Below are positions 1-10,238 of a stretch of DNA of 64,000 bases, one piece after another. Origin of the DNA: a bacterium (GTDB taxonomy: Bacteria > 4484-113); NCBI GenBank assembly GCA_021163765.1, contig JAGGTK010000072.1, positions 6,072 through 70,071 of the forward strand, written 5' to 3'. Under the pieces are notes generated by a model, which saw nothing but the letters and a program-made list of their open reading frames with translations, ran no database searches and had not been told where the DNA came from. Position 1 is the first letter of the stretch. The number at the start of each line of letters is the position of its first letter. The position numbers and the translations under genes were made by a program.

Positions 1-282
1 CTGCCCCCGCTGGAAGCAATGAGCCTGGGCGTGCCGGTTCTCATCAGCGGCATAGACGTGCTGCGCGAAACTTACGGGCAAATCGGCGAAGTTTCCAATC
101 CGGGGATGTTCCCGCCGGGGAATGAGACCGCGCTGGCGCAGCTTATGCGGCAAGCCGTGGAGAACGGCGCTTTTGCCGCGAGCCTGACGAACTTCGGCGA
201 TGCGGTTGCCGGGAAGCTAACGCGGGACAGGTTTGCTGATGGCTTGCTGGCGGCATACCGAAGCGCGCTCGACAAGGCGTGA
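1..282 (+). CDS. Glycosyltransferase family 1 (GT-B fold), C-terminal fragment; gene begins upstream of window
   Basis: Frame 1 is open from base 1 and reads LPPLEAMSLGVPVLISGIDVLRE, the EAM-x-G-x-PV segment typical of GT1/GT4 C-terminal domains. Stop TGA at 280-282. Confidence 0.7.
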   Translation: MPPLEAMSLGVPVLISGIDVLRETYGQIGEVSNPGMFPPGNETALAQLMRQAVENGAFAASLTNFGDAVAGKLTRDRFADGLLAAYRSALDKA

Positions 283-304
283 TAGACTCATTGTGAGGGA
301 AACC

Positions 305-1759
305 ATGGCCGGAGATATCTTCTGGCGAAAGCGCGACCGTGCCGACCTGACCAACTGGCAGCTTGCGAAGCTCCGCGCTTTCCTGGCAAACCGCGTCCTC
401 CCGTTCAGTGAGTTCTACCGCAAGCGCTTCGAGCAGGCGGGCGTCAGGCCGGATTCGCTTAGGGAACTTAAGGACCTGATGCGCCTGCCGCTGATGAGCA
501 AGGCCGATATCGTGCCCGATGCCGAAAACCCCGACCGCTACCGGCAAATCATCCTGCAACCCACGGAACAGCAGCTAAAGGAATCCCTCACCCTCGGCGA
601 CAAGGCGGCAATGCTGTGGCGCAAGCTGGGGCACGGGCAGAGCTTCCGCGACCAGCTCTATGACGACTTCCTGCCGGTACACCTGACCTACACGACCGGG
701 CGCAGCGCGATGGTAACGCCGGTGGTCTACACCAAGCGCGACGTGGATATCCTGAAGCTGGCGGCGAAGCGCATCTTCGCCCTGAGCGGCATCTCCCGGG
801 GCAAGGACACCGGCGTCAGCGTCTTCCCCTTTGCGCCGCACCTGGCGTTCTGGCAGGTGGTATTCTGCGGGCTGGAATCGGGGCTCCTGGTAATCTCCAC
901 CGGCGGCGGGCGTTCAATGGGCAGCCAGGCCATCCTGCGCCTGCTCGACCGCCTCCAGCCGACCCTCATCATCGGCACGCCGGGCTACGTCTACCACCTG
1001 GTGCAGCAGGCCAAGGCGCTGGGAATGAAGCTTCCCAAGCTGCACACGGTTGCGCTTGGCGCCGAGCGGGTAAACGAAGCCTACCGCGCCAAGCTCAAGG
1101 AGCATCTCGCCGACCTGGACGCGCCGAAAGTCAACGTGCTCGCAACCTACGGCCTTACCGAAGCCAAGAAGGCGTGGATCCAGTGCGAGGAGGGCGGGCG
1201 TTACATTACCTACCCCGACGTTGAGCTTTTCGAAGTAGTCGACCCCGCCACCGGCGAGCAGGTTGCCGAGGGCGAGCCCGGCGAAATTGTGCTCACAATG
1301 CTAGACGGCAGCGGCTCCGTCTTCGTCCGCTACCGCACCGGCGACCTGGTCACCGAGGGCATTGTGTATGAGCATTGCGACACTATCGGGCGCGTTGCGC
1401 CTATGGTGGGCGCCGACATCCGCCGCGCCAGCGAGATCCGCAAGGTCAAGGACACGCTGCTTGACCTAAACGAGCTTCACCTGATGCTACAGGGAATGCC
1501 GGAAATCCTGGAATGGCAGGTGGAGCTGCGCAAGCGGGACGATGACCCGTTTGGCCTGGACGAAATGTGGCTCAAGCTCGCGCTCAGGGAAGGCGTCGAC
1601 CCCGAGTTCATGGAGCGGCGGATAAACGACGAGATGCACAACCGCTACGAGCTGCACTTCGACCGCTTCTTATTCTACAGCCGCGAGGACATCGCCAAGC
1701 TCCTCAAGCTCGACGACGCCCCCAAAGAACTCCGCATCGTGGACAACCGATCGGGGTAG
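305..1759 (+). CDS. Adenylate-forming enzyme, phenylacetate-CoA ligase / coenzyme F390 synthetase (CapK-like) family
   Basis: ORF runs from 233; the likely start is ATG 305 (MAGDIFWRK), after the upstream stop. LAKLRAFLANRVLPFSEFYRKRFEQAGV...LPLMSKADI N-terminus plus TYTTGRS, YGLTE and YRTGD motifs follow the ANL/PaaK pattern. Confidence 0.7.
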   Translation: MAGDIFWRKRDRADLTNWQLAKLRAFLANRVLPFSEFYRKRFEQAGVRPDSLRELKDLMRLPLMSKADIVPDAENPDRYRQIILQPTEQQLKESLTLGDKAAMLWRKLGHGQSFRDQLYDDFLPVHLTYTTGRSAMVTPVVYTKRDVDILKLAAKRIFALSGISRGKDTGVSVFPFAPHLAFWQVVFCGLESGLLVISTGGGRSMGSQAILRLLDRLQPTLIIGTPGYVYHLVQQAKALGMKLPKLHTVALGAERVNEAYRAKLKEHLADLDAPKVNVLATYGLTEAKKAWIQCEEGGRYITYPDVELFEVVDPATGEQVAEGEPGEIVLTMLDGSGSVFVRYRTGDLVTEGIVYEHCDTIGRVAPMVGADIRRASEIRKVKDTLLDLNELHLMLQGMPEILEWQVELRKRDDDPFGLDEMWLKLALREGVDPEFMERRINDEMHNRYELHFDRFLFYSREDIAKLLKLDDAPKELRIVDNRSG

Positions 1760-1912
1760 TGTCGTCCCGAAAGCGCGTCTCGTCCAAAAGAGCCAAGGAC
1801 TGCTCGTTTACCATCCCCCACCCCCCTTACTCCATCGCGGCGCTTGGTTTATAATCGTCTACCGACACTCGCAGGCGCAACGCTTTAGGCGGGCGCATCA
1901 CCGGCTGAATAC

Positions 1913-4900
1913 GTGCTGAGACTTATAAAAATCGAGCTTTCCGGGTTCAAGAGCTTCGCGCTGCCCACGGCCATCGAAACCGACAACGACATTCTGGGCC
2001 TGGTCGGCCCCAACGGCGCGGGCAAGAGCAACATCCTCGACGCCGTCCACTTCGCGTTCGGCGAGCAAAAGCCCACAATGCTGCGCGTGGGGCGCGTTTC
2101 AGACATCATCTTCGGCGGCGCCAAATCCCATCCCCGGCAGAACCTGGCTCGGGTGCAGCTCACTTTCGAGTACTTCGAGAAGGACGATGAAGAACCGCAG
2201 CCGGCGGAAGAGCTTCAACTGATAACGCTGCCCGAGGAAGACGAGACGGTGGACTACGCGTCACGCCCGTACGGAAGCGAGGTCGGCGAGTTAGAGCCCG
2301 AACCGGAAACCGGGCCGGCGCCGGACGACGAGATTGGCGTTGCGGGCCTGGACAAGCTGCAGCCCGGCGACGTCATCACGCTTGCACGCAAGGCCTACCG
2401 GGACGGGCTTTCCGAATACTCGCTGAACGGCAAATCCGTGCGCCTCAGCACAGTGGACAGGTTCTTCTCGCGCTTCCAGCTGGGACGCTATGCCGCTTTT
2501 TCCATCAACCAGGGCGAGGTGGAGAAGAAGCTGCTCGCCAGCCCGCGAGAGATCCGCGAATGGCTGGGTGAGGCCAGTGGCGTGGCGCTGCTCCTGCGGG
2601 CCAAGGAAACGGTGGCGCGCAGGCTTCTGCGCAGCCGGCGCAACCTCACGCGGATAAGCGACATCCTGCTGACGCTACGCGACGACGTGAAGGCTTTAGG
2701 CGAACAGGCGGAAGACACGGAGCGCCACAACTACCTGGAGCAGCAGCGCCGGTGGCTGGCGGGATACCTGGCGCGGGGGCGCCTGCTCTCGGCTGCTACA
2801 AAGGCGGAGAAAATCCGCGCCGAGCGCACTAGCCATGCTCAGCGCCTGGCAAAGCTCGAAACCGGCATCGCTGCTCTCCGGGCGGAGCTGGAACAGGCCG
2901 AGCGCGAAGCCGCTGAACTGCTTCAGCGCGAACGCGGGATGATTGACCAGCTCAATGCGCAGCGCGACGCGCTATCCCGGCAGCGGATCGCCGAGAGCGT
3001 GCTGGAGGGAAAAAAGCGCAGCCTTACCTCCCGGCGCGATGAAGACGCCGGGCGGCTGGCCATTATTGAGAAGCGCACCGGTGAGCTTGCCGGGCGCTTT
3101 GAATACCTGCAGGAGAAGGTAAAGCGCAGCGCCGGTGCGCTAAAAGAGAGCGGCGAAACGCTGCGCAGCGCCGAAGAGCTTTTGCTGCGGGAGGAAAATT
3201 CCATCGCCTGGCTGAAAGATGAGCTTGCGTCCGCCGACAAGAAGCGCGTGGAGCTTCAGCAGGAGCTCGCGGTGACGCGTGAAAAACTCGCGCACGCGCA
3301 CCACGAGCGGACGCACACAGAAAGGAAGCTTGCCGAAGTTGAGAAGAACCGCGAAGCGCGGGCGTCGGAGCTTGCCCGCTTGAAAAGCGACAGCGACCAG
3401 CTCTCGCTCGATTTCGAGAAAAAGGAAGAGCGGCTGGTGGCTGAAGAGCGGCGCCTGGCGGAAGCCCGCAAGCGCTACGAGGAAGTTACGGACGCCCTTC
3501 GCGCGGCCGAGAAGCAGCTCGCTTCGGTCAACGAGCGGTCGGGTTATATGGCTGCGATGAAGAACACATACGAAGAACTCAAATCGGAGTTCTACACCAG
3601 CGACGGCGACGACACCGCCGCGCCGTCACTCACGCTAACGCCGCTGCTCGACCTTGTAAGCTTCGACGAGGAATGGGCCGACGCGGTGGAGCTTGCGCTG
3701 GGGGATGTCGCCAGGGCGCTCGTGCTGGCCGACGACGGCGGCGAATCCATCATTGACGAGCGCTCCCTGCACGGCATCTTCATCGCGCCGGGAACTGCGG
3801 CAAGCGCCAGCGCGGATACGCCCTGGGTGAGTCTCTGGAGCCAGTTACACGGTGGCGGCGGCGTTATCGCGGCGCTCAGGTCGTCGTTGGGCGAGATTGC
3901 CGTCGTGGAAAGCGCCGGTGAGGCGAACAAGCTGCTTGCCGAGAATCCCGCGCTCGCCGGTTGCATAATCCGCCCCGCCCTTACGCTGGTGACTCGCGGT
4001 GTCATCCGCAAGCCCGGAGCTCCCAAAACCTCGCTGCTCTTTCGCCGCCACGCCGAAATGCCGCGCGTGGATGAAGAGGTGGTTGAACTCGCAGCCAGGC
4101 GCGCACAGCTTCAAAAGCGGGTGCAGGAGCTCGAAGCAGAGCGCGACCGCTGGGCAAGCGAGTCCGTGCGCTGGGACAAGGCGGTGCGCAACCTGCAAAT
4201 GATGTCCCTCGACCTGCGGGGCAAGCTGTCCGAGGCCGTCTCGCGCGAGGAAGGCATTGCCACGGAGCGCGAGAGAATCGCCGAGGAGCACCGCAGCCTT
4301 ACCGCAAGGCGCGACGAGCTTGCCGCGCAGGAACGCGAACTGGATACGCGCGCGGATGAGCTCACCACCAAGCTGGAGAAAATCTCCGCTGAGACCGCAC
4401 GTTCTTCGGAGAGTCTTCAATCAACCGAGCAGGCGCTGGAAGAGCGCCGCAAGGAAATACGCGAATTAGAGAAGGCGCGGATGAAACTGGCGACGGAACA
4501 CGAGGTCGCAGAAACCCAGTTTGCGAGTCTCACCCGCGAGCGGGAGAATCTGGAAGCCGAGCACGACCGCCTGTCCGCGGAGATGGAATCCGCCGCCGCC
4601 CAGCTAAAGACCATCACGGTTGAACAAAAGGAGCTTGCCTTAGAGCTCAAAAAAACAGAAAAGCTCATTGCCCGCCTGGAGAAAGATGCAGGGAAAAGAG
4701 CCGAGGAGCAAAGCGGCCTTACCGGGCGGCGCGAGCGCATCACCGCCGAAATCCAGTCGCTTACCGAGAACCGGCAGAAGCTTGAAGCATCGTCCGGCGA
4801 CTACCAGGAACGGCTGTGGGAAGCCGAGAGCGAGGTGTCCGAGATTATCCGGGAGATTCACGGGAATCTCGGCATCTCCATAATCACCATGATGCACGAG

Positions 4901-5713
4901 CTGGCACGGGACGCTGTCCGCCCCGCAGTGCAGCCCGCAGATTATTTCCCCCGGTTCGCAGCGGGGGAATCGCCCGCCGTCACGGGAGACTCGGCGCAGG
5001 AAAGCGCTCCCCTGCTCGACTACCACAAATTGAGCGAAAAGCAGATTCGCGAGGAACTCGGGAAGATTGAGCGCGCGCTGTCCAACCTGGGCGAAGTCAA
5101 TCCACTCGCGCCGCGCGACTTCAGCGAGAAAAACGAGCGCCTGCAGTTCCTGACGCAGCAGGAACAGGACCTGAAGCTGGCGATTGAGGATATGAAACAA
5201 ATGCTCGAAAACCTCGACCGCCAGACGCGCGACCGTTTCGCCAGGAGCCTGAAGCTCATCGAGGGCAAGTTCAACGAGCTCTTCACGCGGCTTTTCGGCG
5301 GCGGGTTCGCGCGCTTCAAGCTTACCGAGCCCGACGACCTAATCGAGTCGGGCGTGGAGATAGAAGTCCAGCTTCCCAACGCGAGGCGGCAGAACATCAA
5401 AGCCCTGTCTGGCGGCGAGCGCAGCCTGCTGTTTATCGCCCTCTTTATCGCGGTGCATATGGTGCGGACGGGAAGCTTCTGCGTGCTCGACGAAGTGGAC
5501 GCCTCGCTGGACGACGTAAACATCGTCCGGCTGTGCCAGATGCTGGAAGACCTCTCACAGCGCGAGCAGTTTCTGGTCATCACGCACAACAAGCGCACGA
5601 TGAAGGTGATGCAGCGGCTCATCGGCGTCGTGACCCAGCCGCGCGGCATCTCGCGCGTGATTGAAGTATCGCTGAAGCAGGCTGAGCGTTACGCGGACAA
5701 GGGTGCAGCGTGA
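1913..5713 (+). CDS. smc: Chromosome segregation protein SMC
   Basis: 1266 aa. Walker A GPNGAGKSN lies near the N-terminus, followed by very long E/R/L/A-rich coiled coils around a hinge. C-terminal signature LSGGERSLLFIALF and Walker B FCVLDEVDASLD. Confidence 0.92.
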   Translation: MLRLIKIELSGFKSFALPTAIETDNDILGLVGPNGAGKSNILDAVHFAFGEQKPTMLRVGRVSDIIFGGAKSHPRQNLARVQLTFEYFEKDDEEPQPAEELQLITLPEEDETVDYASRPYGSEVGELEPEPETGPAPDDEIGVAGLDKLQPGDVITLARKAYRDGLSEYSLNGKSVRLSTVDRFFSRFQLGRYAAFSINQGEVEKKLLASPREIREWLGEASGVALLLRAKETVARRLLRSRRNLTRISDILLTLRDDVKALGEQAEDTERHNYLEQQRRWLAGYLARGRLLSAATKAEKIRAERTSHAQRLAKLETGIAALRAELEQAEREAAELLQRERGMIDQLNAQRDALSRQRIAESVLEGKKRSLTSRRDEDAGRLAIIEKRTGELAGRFEYLQEKVKRSAGALKESGETLRSAEELLLREENSIAWLKDELASADKKRVELQQELAVTREKLAHAHHERTHTERKLAEVEKNREARASELARLKSDSDQLSLDFEKKEERLVAEERRLAEARKRYEEVTDALRAAEKQLASVNERSGYMAAMKNTYEELKSEFYTSDGDDTAAPSLTLTPLLDLVSFDEEWADAVELALGDVARALVLADDGGESIIDERSLHGIFIAPGTAASASADTPWVSLWSQLHGGGGVIAALRSSLGEIAVVESAGEANKLLAENPALAGCIIRPALTLVTRGVIRKPGAPKTSLLFRRHAEMPRVDEEVVELAARRAQLQKRVQELEAERDRWASESVRWDKAVRNLQMMSLDLRGKLSEAVSREEGIATERERIAEEHRSLTARRDELAAQERELDTRADELTTKLEKISAETARSSESLQSTEQALEERRKEIRELEKARMKLATEHEVAETQFASLTRERENLEAEHDRLSAEMESAAAQLKTITVEQKELALELKKTEKLIARLEKDAGKRAEEQSGLTGRRERITAEIQSLTENRQKLEASSGDYQERLWEAESEVSEIIREIHGNLGISIITMMHELARDAVRPAVQPADYFPRFAAGESPAVTGDSAQESAPLLDYHKLSEKQIREELGKIERALSNLGEVNPLAPRDFSEKNERLQFLTQQEQDLKLAIEDMKQMLENLDRQTRDRFARSLKLIEGKFNELFTRLFGGGFARFKLTEPDDLIESGVEIEVQLPNARRQNIKALSGGERSLLFIALFIAVHMVRTGSFCVLDEVDASLDDVNIVRLCQMLEDLSQREQFLVITHNKRTMKVMQRLIGVVTQPRGISRVIEVSLKQAERYADKGAA

Positions 5714-6717
5714 TGCGGCTATTCGGCAGGCGCGACAGGAGGAAGCAGGACGCCAGCCCTTCGGAACGCACCGAAAGGCTCTCCCGCTGGCGCAAAGGCC
5801 TGAACCGCACCAAGGCGAGCTTCTCCGGCTTCCTGCAATTTATTGCGACAGGCGAAGTCGAACTGGGCGAGGAATACTACTCGGAGCTTCACGACGCGCT
5901 GGTTCTCGCCGACTTAGGCGCGGCGCTTGCGGAAAAGACCGTCTCCTGGCTGCGAACCAGTGCAAGCGAACAGGGAGTGAGCAGCGCAAGCGCTGCGCGA
6001 AAGCTTCTGGAGCAACGTCTCGCCGAGATGCTGGCAACGCAGGACGCAAAGCCGCTCGTTGCGGACGACCGGCTCAGCGTGATTCTCTTCGCCGGCGTCA
6101 ACGGCACCGGCAAGACAACGATGCTCGCCAAGATCGCTCAGCTCCTGCAGGATGAGAATTTTAGCGTCGTCGCGGCGGCGGCGGACACGTTCCGCGCGGC
6201 TGCCGTGGAGCAGCTCTCCATCTGGGGCGAGCGCGTCGGCTTCCCAGTTATTACCGGCGCGCAGGGCGCCGATCCCGCAAGCATTGTCTACAACACGGTC
6301 GAGCACGCGCTGGCGCACGGCAAGCACGCGGTGCTCATCGACACCGCGGGCCGGATGCAGACGAAAGCCGCGCTTATGGACGAGCTCTCAAAGATTGGCC
6401 GCGCCGCCCGCAAAGTCGTCGAGAAACGCGGCGAGGATCCCGGCGAAAAGCTGCACGAGGTGAACCTGCTCGTGCTCGACGCCACAACGGGCCAGAACGC
6501 GATTTCGCAGGCGAAGCTGTTTTCCGAGGCCATCAGCCTTCACGGGCTGGTGCTCAACAAGATTGACGGAACCGCGAAGGGCGGCGTCATCTTCCCGGTC
6601 GTAGCGACGGCGCACGTGCCGGTAATGTTCCTCGGCGTGGGCGAAGACATTGGCGACATCGTAGAATTCGACCCCCGCAGCTTCGCTACCCAGCTTTTAA
6701 CGCTGGATTCTGTGTAG
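5710..6717 (+). CDS. ftsY: Signal recognition particle receptor FtsY
   Basis: SRP GTPase motifs GVNGTGKTT, DTAGR and LNKIDGTAKGG. The start overlaps the smc stop (GTGATG). Confidence 0.92.
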   Translation: MMRLFGRRDRRKQDASPSERTERLSRWRKGLNRTKASFSGFLQFIATGEVELGEEYYSELHDALVLADLGAALAEKTVSWLRTSASEQGVSSASAARKLLEQRLAEMLATQDAKPLVADDRLSVILFAGVNGTGKTTMLAKIAQLLQDENFSVVAAAADTFRAAAVEQLSIWGERVGFPVITGAQGADPASIVYNTVEHALAHGKHAVLIDTAGRMQTKAALMDELSKIGRAARKVVEKRGEDPGEKLHEVNLLVLDATTGQNAISQAKLFSEAISLHGLVLNKIDGTAKGGVIFPVVATAHVPVMFLGVGEDIGDIVEFDPRSFATQLLTLDSV

Positions 6718-6737
6718 GGGCACAGCATGCTGTGCCC
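6718..6737 (+). terminator. Perfect 20-nt palindrome immediately after the ftsY stop (possible terminator hairpin; no clear U-tract)
   Basis: GGGCACAGCATGCTGTGCCC equals its own reverse complement. It is followed by GTTCCCC, so the T-run is weak. Confidence 0.35.
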
Positions 6738-6957
6738 GTTCCCCAATCACCATCGGTATTCCATCGAGTAAGTCACGTTCACCAGCCCGGCTTTTACTCT
6801 CCGCTGTGGCTCATCCGCAATCCCTCCCGCAAACGCGCGCACCTCGCGCTCATTGACGAGGGCGAATCCGTGGACAAATTCCTCATCGCTGTGGGAGCGA
6901 AAGAAGATCCGGGTACGTACTAGCTGTCAGGCGTCAGATTCCCAGCTCCGCTGATCG

Positions 6958-7071
6958 CTACCCCAGCGCCTGCTGCAAATCCGCGATGATGTCGGAAACG
7001 TCCTCCAATCCCACCGACAGGCGCAGCATTTCCGGCAGTATGCCGATGGCCCGCCGCTCGTCTTTCCCCCT
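6958..7071 (-). pseudogene. C-terminal remnant of a Cys/Met-metabolism PLP-dependent enzyme (MetB/MetC/MetY family)
   Basis: The minus strand reads [37 protein letters not shown], the canonical family C-terminus (RLSVG[IL]ED..D[IL]I.DL.QAL). There is no upstream ORF or start. Just upstream, another frame reads [13 protein letters not shown], consistent with frameshift decay. Confidence 0.6.
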
Positions 7072-7173
7072 CTGAGTACGCGGTGCTCACTAGCGCCGCT
7101 CTGAATCGCCGGGCTGGTGAGCCCGGCCTACCCGGTTAAGGGCCTTCCCCGACTACCCGCTACCATCCCCTGC

Positions 7174-8268
7174 CTATTCCAGCAACACATACTGCGTCGT
7201 GCGCTTCTTGGGCGTGAAGCCGGCGGCGGAAATCAAGCGGCGCAGTTCCGCTTCGGTCATTGAGTATGCAGTTCCCGCGGCGGCGACGACGTTTTCTTCG
7301 AGCATCGTGCCGCCCATGTCGTTTGCGCCGAAATAAAGCGCAAGCTGCCCCACCTTCGGCCCCATCGTCACCCACGACGCCTGTAAATTCGTGAAATTAT
7401 CCAGATACAGCCGCGCCACCGCAAGCGTGCGCAAATACTCCAACCCGCCCACGGCCGTGCCGCCCAGCGGCGTGTTCTCCGGCTGATAACTCCAGCAGAT
7501 AAACGCGGTGAAGCCCCCCGTTTCGTCCTGCAGCGCGCGGATGCGCTCCAGGTGCTCGATGCGCTCAGGATAAGTCTCCACGTGCCCGAACATCATCGTC
7601 GCCGTCGTGCGCATCCCCATCGCGTGCGCCTCCCGCATCACGCCAATCCATTCGTCGGCGGTGCACTTTCGCGGCGAAACTTCGCTGCGCACGCGGTCGG
7701 ATAAAATCTCCGCGCCGCCACCGGGCAGGCTGTCCAGCCCCGCATCGCGCAGTTTGGCTAGAACTTCGCGCACCGGCATCCCGAAAAGGGCGCTGAAATG
7801 CACAACTTCCGGCGGTGAGAACGAATGCAGCGTCGTTTCAGGAAAATCGCGCTTGATGCTGCGCAGCAACTCCAGGTACCACTCAAACGGCAGCGACGGA
7901 TGGTGCCCGCCCTGCATCAATATCTGCGTTGCGCCAAGCTCCACCGCCTCGGCGACCTTCGCCCTTATCACCGGCTCATATTCATTGATGTACGCGTCGT
8001 CGTCACCGATGTCGCGCGAAAACGCGCAGAAGCGGCAACGGCTTACACACACGTTTGTGTAATTGACATTTCGGTCGACGACATAGGTGACTATGCCGGG
8101 GTTTGCAACCTTCAGCCGCATCTCGTGCGCCGCGCTCCCCATCTTGTGGATGTCGCCCTTATGCAGCAGAAGTTCGCCTTCTTCGCGGCTCAGGCGTCCG
8201 CCGGCCAGCGGCTTTGCGCAAAGCCTTTCGGTTTCGTCGGGTGATAGGCTGCTTGGCTTATCCGACAT
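7174..8268 (-). CDS. mqnC: Radical SAM enzyme of the futalosine pathway, MqnC-like (cyclic dehypoxanthinyl futalosine synthase)
   Basis: 364 aa. CVSRCRFCAF radical-SAM cluster motif preceded by VDRNVNYTNVC. ILMQGGHHPSLPFEWY resembles the MqnC pattern as I recall it. The MqnC versus MqnE assignment is tentative. Confidence 0.7.
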   Translation of the reverse strand: MSDKPSSLSPDETERLCAKPLAGGRLSREEGELLLHKGDIHKMGSAAHEMRLKVANPGIVTYVVDRNVNYTNVCVSRCRFCAFSRDIGDDDAYINEYEPVIRAKVAEAVELGATQILMQGGHHPSLPFEWYLELLRSIKRDFPETTLHSFSPPEVVHFSALFGMPVREVLAKLRDAGLDSLPGGGAEILSDRVRSEVSPRKCTADEWIGVMREAHAMGMRTTATMMFGHVETYPERIEHLERIRALQDETGGFTAFICWSYQPENTPLGGTAVGGLEYLRTLAVARLYLDNFTNLQASWVTMGPKVGQLALYFGANDMGGTMLEENVVAAAGTAYSMTEAELRRLISAAGFTPKKRTTQYVLLE

Positions 8269-8273
8269 ACAGG

Positions 8274-9032
8274 TTACTTCGCAAGCCTGGCGAGCTTCAG
8301 TTTATGCACCTTCTGGCGGAAGAACTCGAGGAATTCCAGGTCGCGTGGCGACAGCCTGAAGTGCAGCGCCTTGCCGAAGTAGTCCACCAGCGCCTTGTGG
8401 CTCACCTGCCACTCCCGCTCCGCGAACTTGCACAGCCCGTCCCAGTCTTCCTCAACTCTGGCGTAGGCTTGCTCCAGTATCCCCACCAGCTCATCCGACA
8501 CCGGCTCGCTGCCCTGCCACATCGCGAATACAACCGGCAGCTTGAACAGCTCGTCGATCAGCGCCGCGATGTCATAGGCGTGATGATACGTGAACTGCGG
8601 ATGGAAGTTCTGGTCTCCGATGATAACGCGGCCGGTCTTGGGCTGTAGCTTCGCGCGAACGTCTCTGGCTGGCGTAAATTTTACGCGCTGCTGCCGTTCG
8701 TTGAAGATGATGCGGGTCAGCGCGTTGCTGGTCAGGCTGGCCGGATCCTCTTCAACCACGGTCACCTCATCCAGCGGGTCCTGCGAGTAAATCATCACTG
8801 TTATCACCCGGCCCTCGGCGGCTACGCCCAGGTCGGTGATCCGCGTGCGCAGCTTCGCGGCGTAGACGAACGACGAAGTCAGCGCCGCGTCGAGCTTCCC
8901 GTCCTGCATCAGGTGAAACAGCTCGGCCGGCATCCCCCACGTGGGTTTCACGCGCGGGTGGTCCTGCAGCCCGTGAACGAGCGGCAGCGCATTGAGAAAC
9001 GGCAATAGTCCAACTCTAAACTTCTTGGGCAT
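8274..9032 (-). CDS. mqnA: Chorismate dehydratase MqnA-like (periplasmic-binding-protein fold, menaquinone via futalosine)
   Basis: Likely start is ATG 9032 (MPKKFRVGLLPFLNALPLVHGL), the typical MqnA N-terminus. It lies between two Mqn radical SAM genes and overlaps the upstream gene end by 17 nt. Confidence 0.7.
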   Translation of the reverse strand: MPKKFRVGLLPFLNALPLVHGLQDHPRVKPTWGMPAELFHLMQDGKLDAALTSSFVYAAKLRTRITDLGVAAEGRVITVMIYSQDPLDEVTVVEEDPASLTSNALTRIIFNERQQRVKFTPARDVRAKLQPKTGRVIIGDQNFHPQFTYHHAYDIAALIDELFKLPVVFAMWQGSEPVSDELVGILEQAYARVEEDWDGLCKFAEREWQVSHKALVDYFGKALHFRLSPRDLEFLEFFRQKVHKLKLARLAK

Positions 9033-10131
9033 CTTCACCTGCCGGTTCGTATTCGCGCATATCCCGATAGAGCGCGTCGCGCACAACTGGTTTCAGCCCG
9101 GCGCCCCTAATAATACCAGCAAGCTCGCTAATGGTCACCCCTTTGGGCGCGCTTGCCCCTGCCGCATGATAGATAAGCTCACGCCCCACCGTGCCGTCCA
9201 TATCGTCCGCGCCCCAGAGAAGCATCACCTGCGCCAGCTTTAGCCCAAACTCCACCCAGTAGGCCTTGACGTGCGGGAAATTATGGAGCGCGATGCGCGA
9301 CGCAGCCAGATGGCGCAGATCCTCCACGCCGGTGGTGAACTCGCCACCCAGCCGGTTGCCCACCGGATGGTAAGCCAGAGGTATGAACGCCTGGAACCCT
9401 CCCGTCTCCGCCTGCAGGTCGTAAAGCTGGAGCAGATGCGCCGCCTTCTGCTCTGGCGTCTCAATATGACCATAAAGCATCGTCGCGTTCGTGGGTATCC
9501 CCAGCTCGTGTGCTGTTCGGTGCACCGAAAGCCATTCGCCTCCCGATATCTTGTCCGGGCAAATCCGCGAACGCACATCTTCCGCAAACACCTCCGCTCC
9601 TCCGCCCGGCATCGCGTCCAGTCCCGCTTTTTTCAGGTCAATGAGCGTGTCGCGCACGCTCATACCTGATAGCTCAGCCATCCACTCAAGCTCCACCGCA
9701 GTGAACGCCTTGAGCTGCACCTCCGGGAAGGCTTCCCGCAGCGCCGTGAGAATCCCCCGGAAGTATCCGTAATCCGCCATCTCGCGCGGCGGGATCGCCC
9801 CGACAATGTGGAATTCGCGCAGGCCCGCTACACCGTCAGTCTTCAGGCTTTCCACAATCTCATCCGGCTGGAGAAAGTAAGCATTGTCGTCCCCGGCGTC
9901 CGCGCTGAACGAGCAGAACAGGCAGCGGTTCCGGCAGACGTTCGTGTAATTTATATGCCGGTTCGCCACCACGTACGTGTTGTCGCCATGCAGCTTCGTG
10001 CGGACTTCGTGCGCCAGCCCGCCCAGCCAGTGGAGGTCGGCGTCAGCGAGCAGGAATGCGACTTCCTCCCGCGTCAGCCGCTCTTCGGAAAGGGCTTTTC
10101 GCTCGATTGCAGATTGAACGGAGTCCCGCAC
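9016..10131 (-). CDS. mqnE: Radical SAM enzyme of the futalosine pathway, MqnE-like (aminofutalosine synthase)
   Basis: 371 aa. NRHINYTNVCRNRCLFCSF cluster motif. REFHIVGAIPP resembles the MqnE HIVGG pattern as I recall it. Same operon as mqnA and mqnC. Confidence 0.65.
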   Translation of the reverse strand: MRDSVQSAIERKALSEERLTREEVAFLLADADLHWLGGLAHEVRTKLHGDNTYVVANRHINYTNVCRNRCLFCSFSADAGDDNAYFLQPDEIVESLKTDGVAGLREFHIVGAIPPREMADYGYFRGILTALREAFPEVQLKAFTAVELEWMAELSGMSVRDTLIDLKKAGLDAMPGGGAEVFAEDVRSRICPDKISGGEWLSVHRTAHELGIPTNATMLYGHIETPEQKAAHLLQLYDLQAETGGFQAFIPLAYHPVGNRLGGEFTTGVEDLRHLAASRIALHNFPHVKAYWVEFGLKLAQVMLLWGADDMDGTVGRELIYHAAGASAPKGVTISELAGIIRGAGLKPVVRDALYRDMREYEPAGEDAQEV

Positions 10132-10238
10132 CTGTCACTTATTCTATGCGACTTACACTCCCTCAACAAGCTTTATCCCCCGGCCATATTCGCTTCCGCT
10201 TATCTGCTATAATTGAGCTTCAGTCAGGAGGGACAACT

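Noticed and set aside
10171-10213. TTATCCCCC and TTATCTGCT strings upstream of dnaN, considered as possible DnaA boxes or an oriC remnant (dnaN lies here without dnaA).
   Set aside because: Neither matches the TTWTNCACA consensus in the critical 3' half. There are only two weak copies, no AT-rich unwinding element and no dnaA gene, so there is not enough evidence to call an origin.
10056-10238. N-terminal extensions offered by the ORF track for dnaN (from 10056), the permease (from 24681), the ACR3 gene (from 27991) and others.
   Set aside because: The extensions run through upstream genes or promoters and lack homology. Internal ATGs with SD sequences give canonical protein lengths and N-termini.
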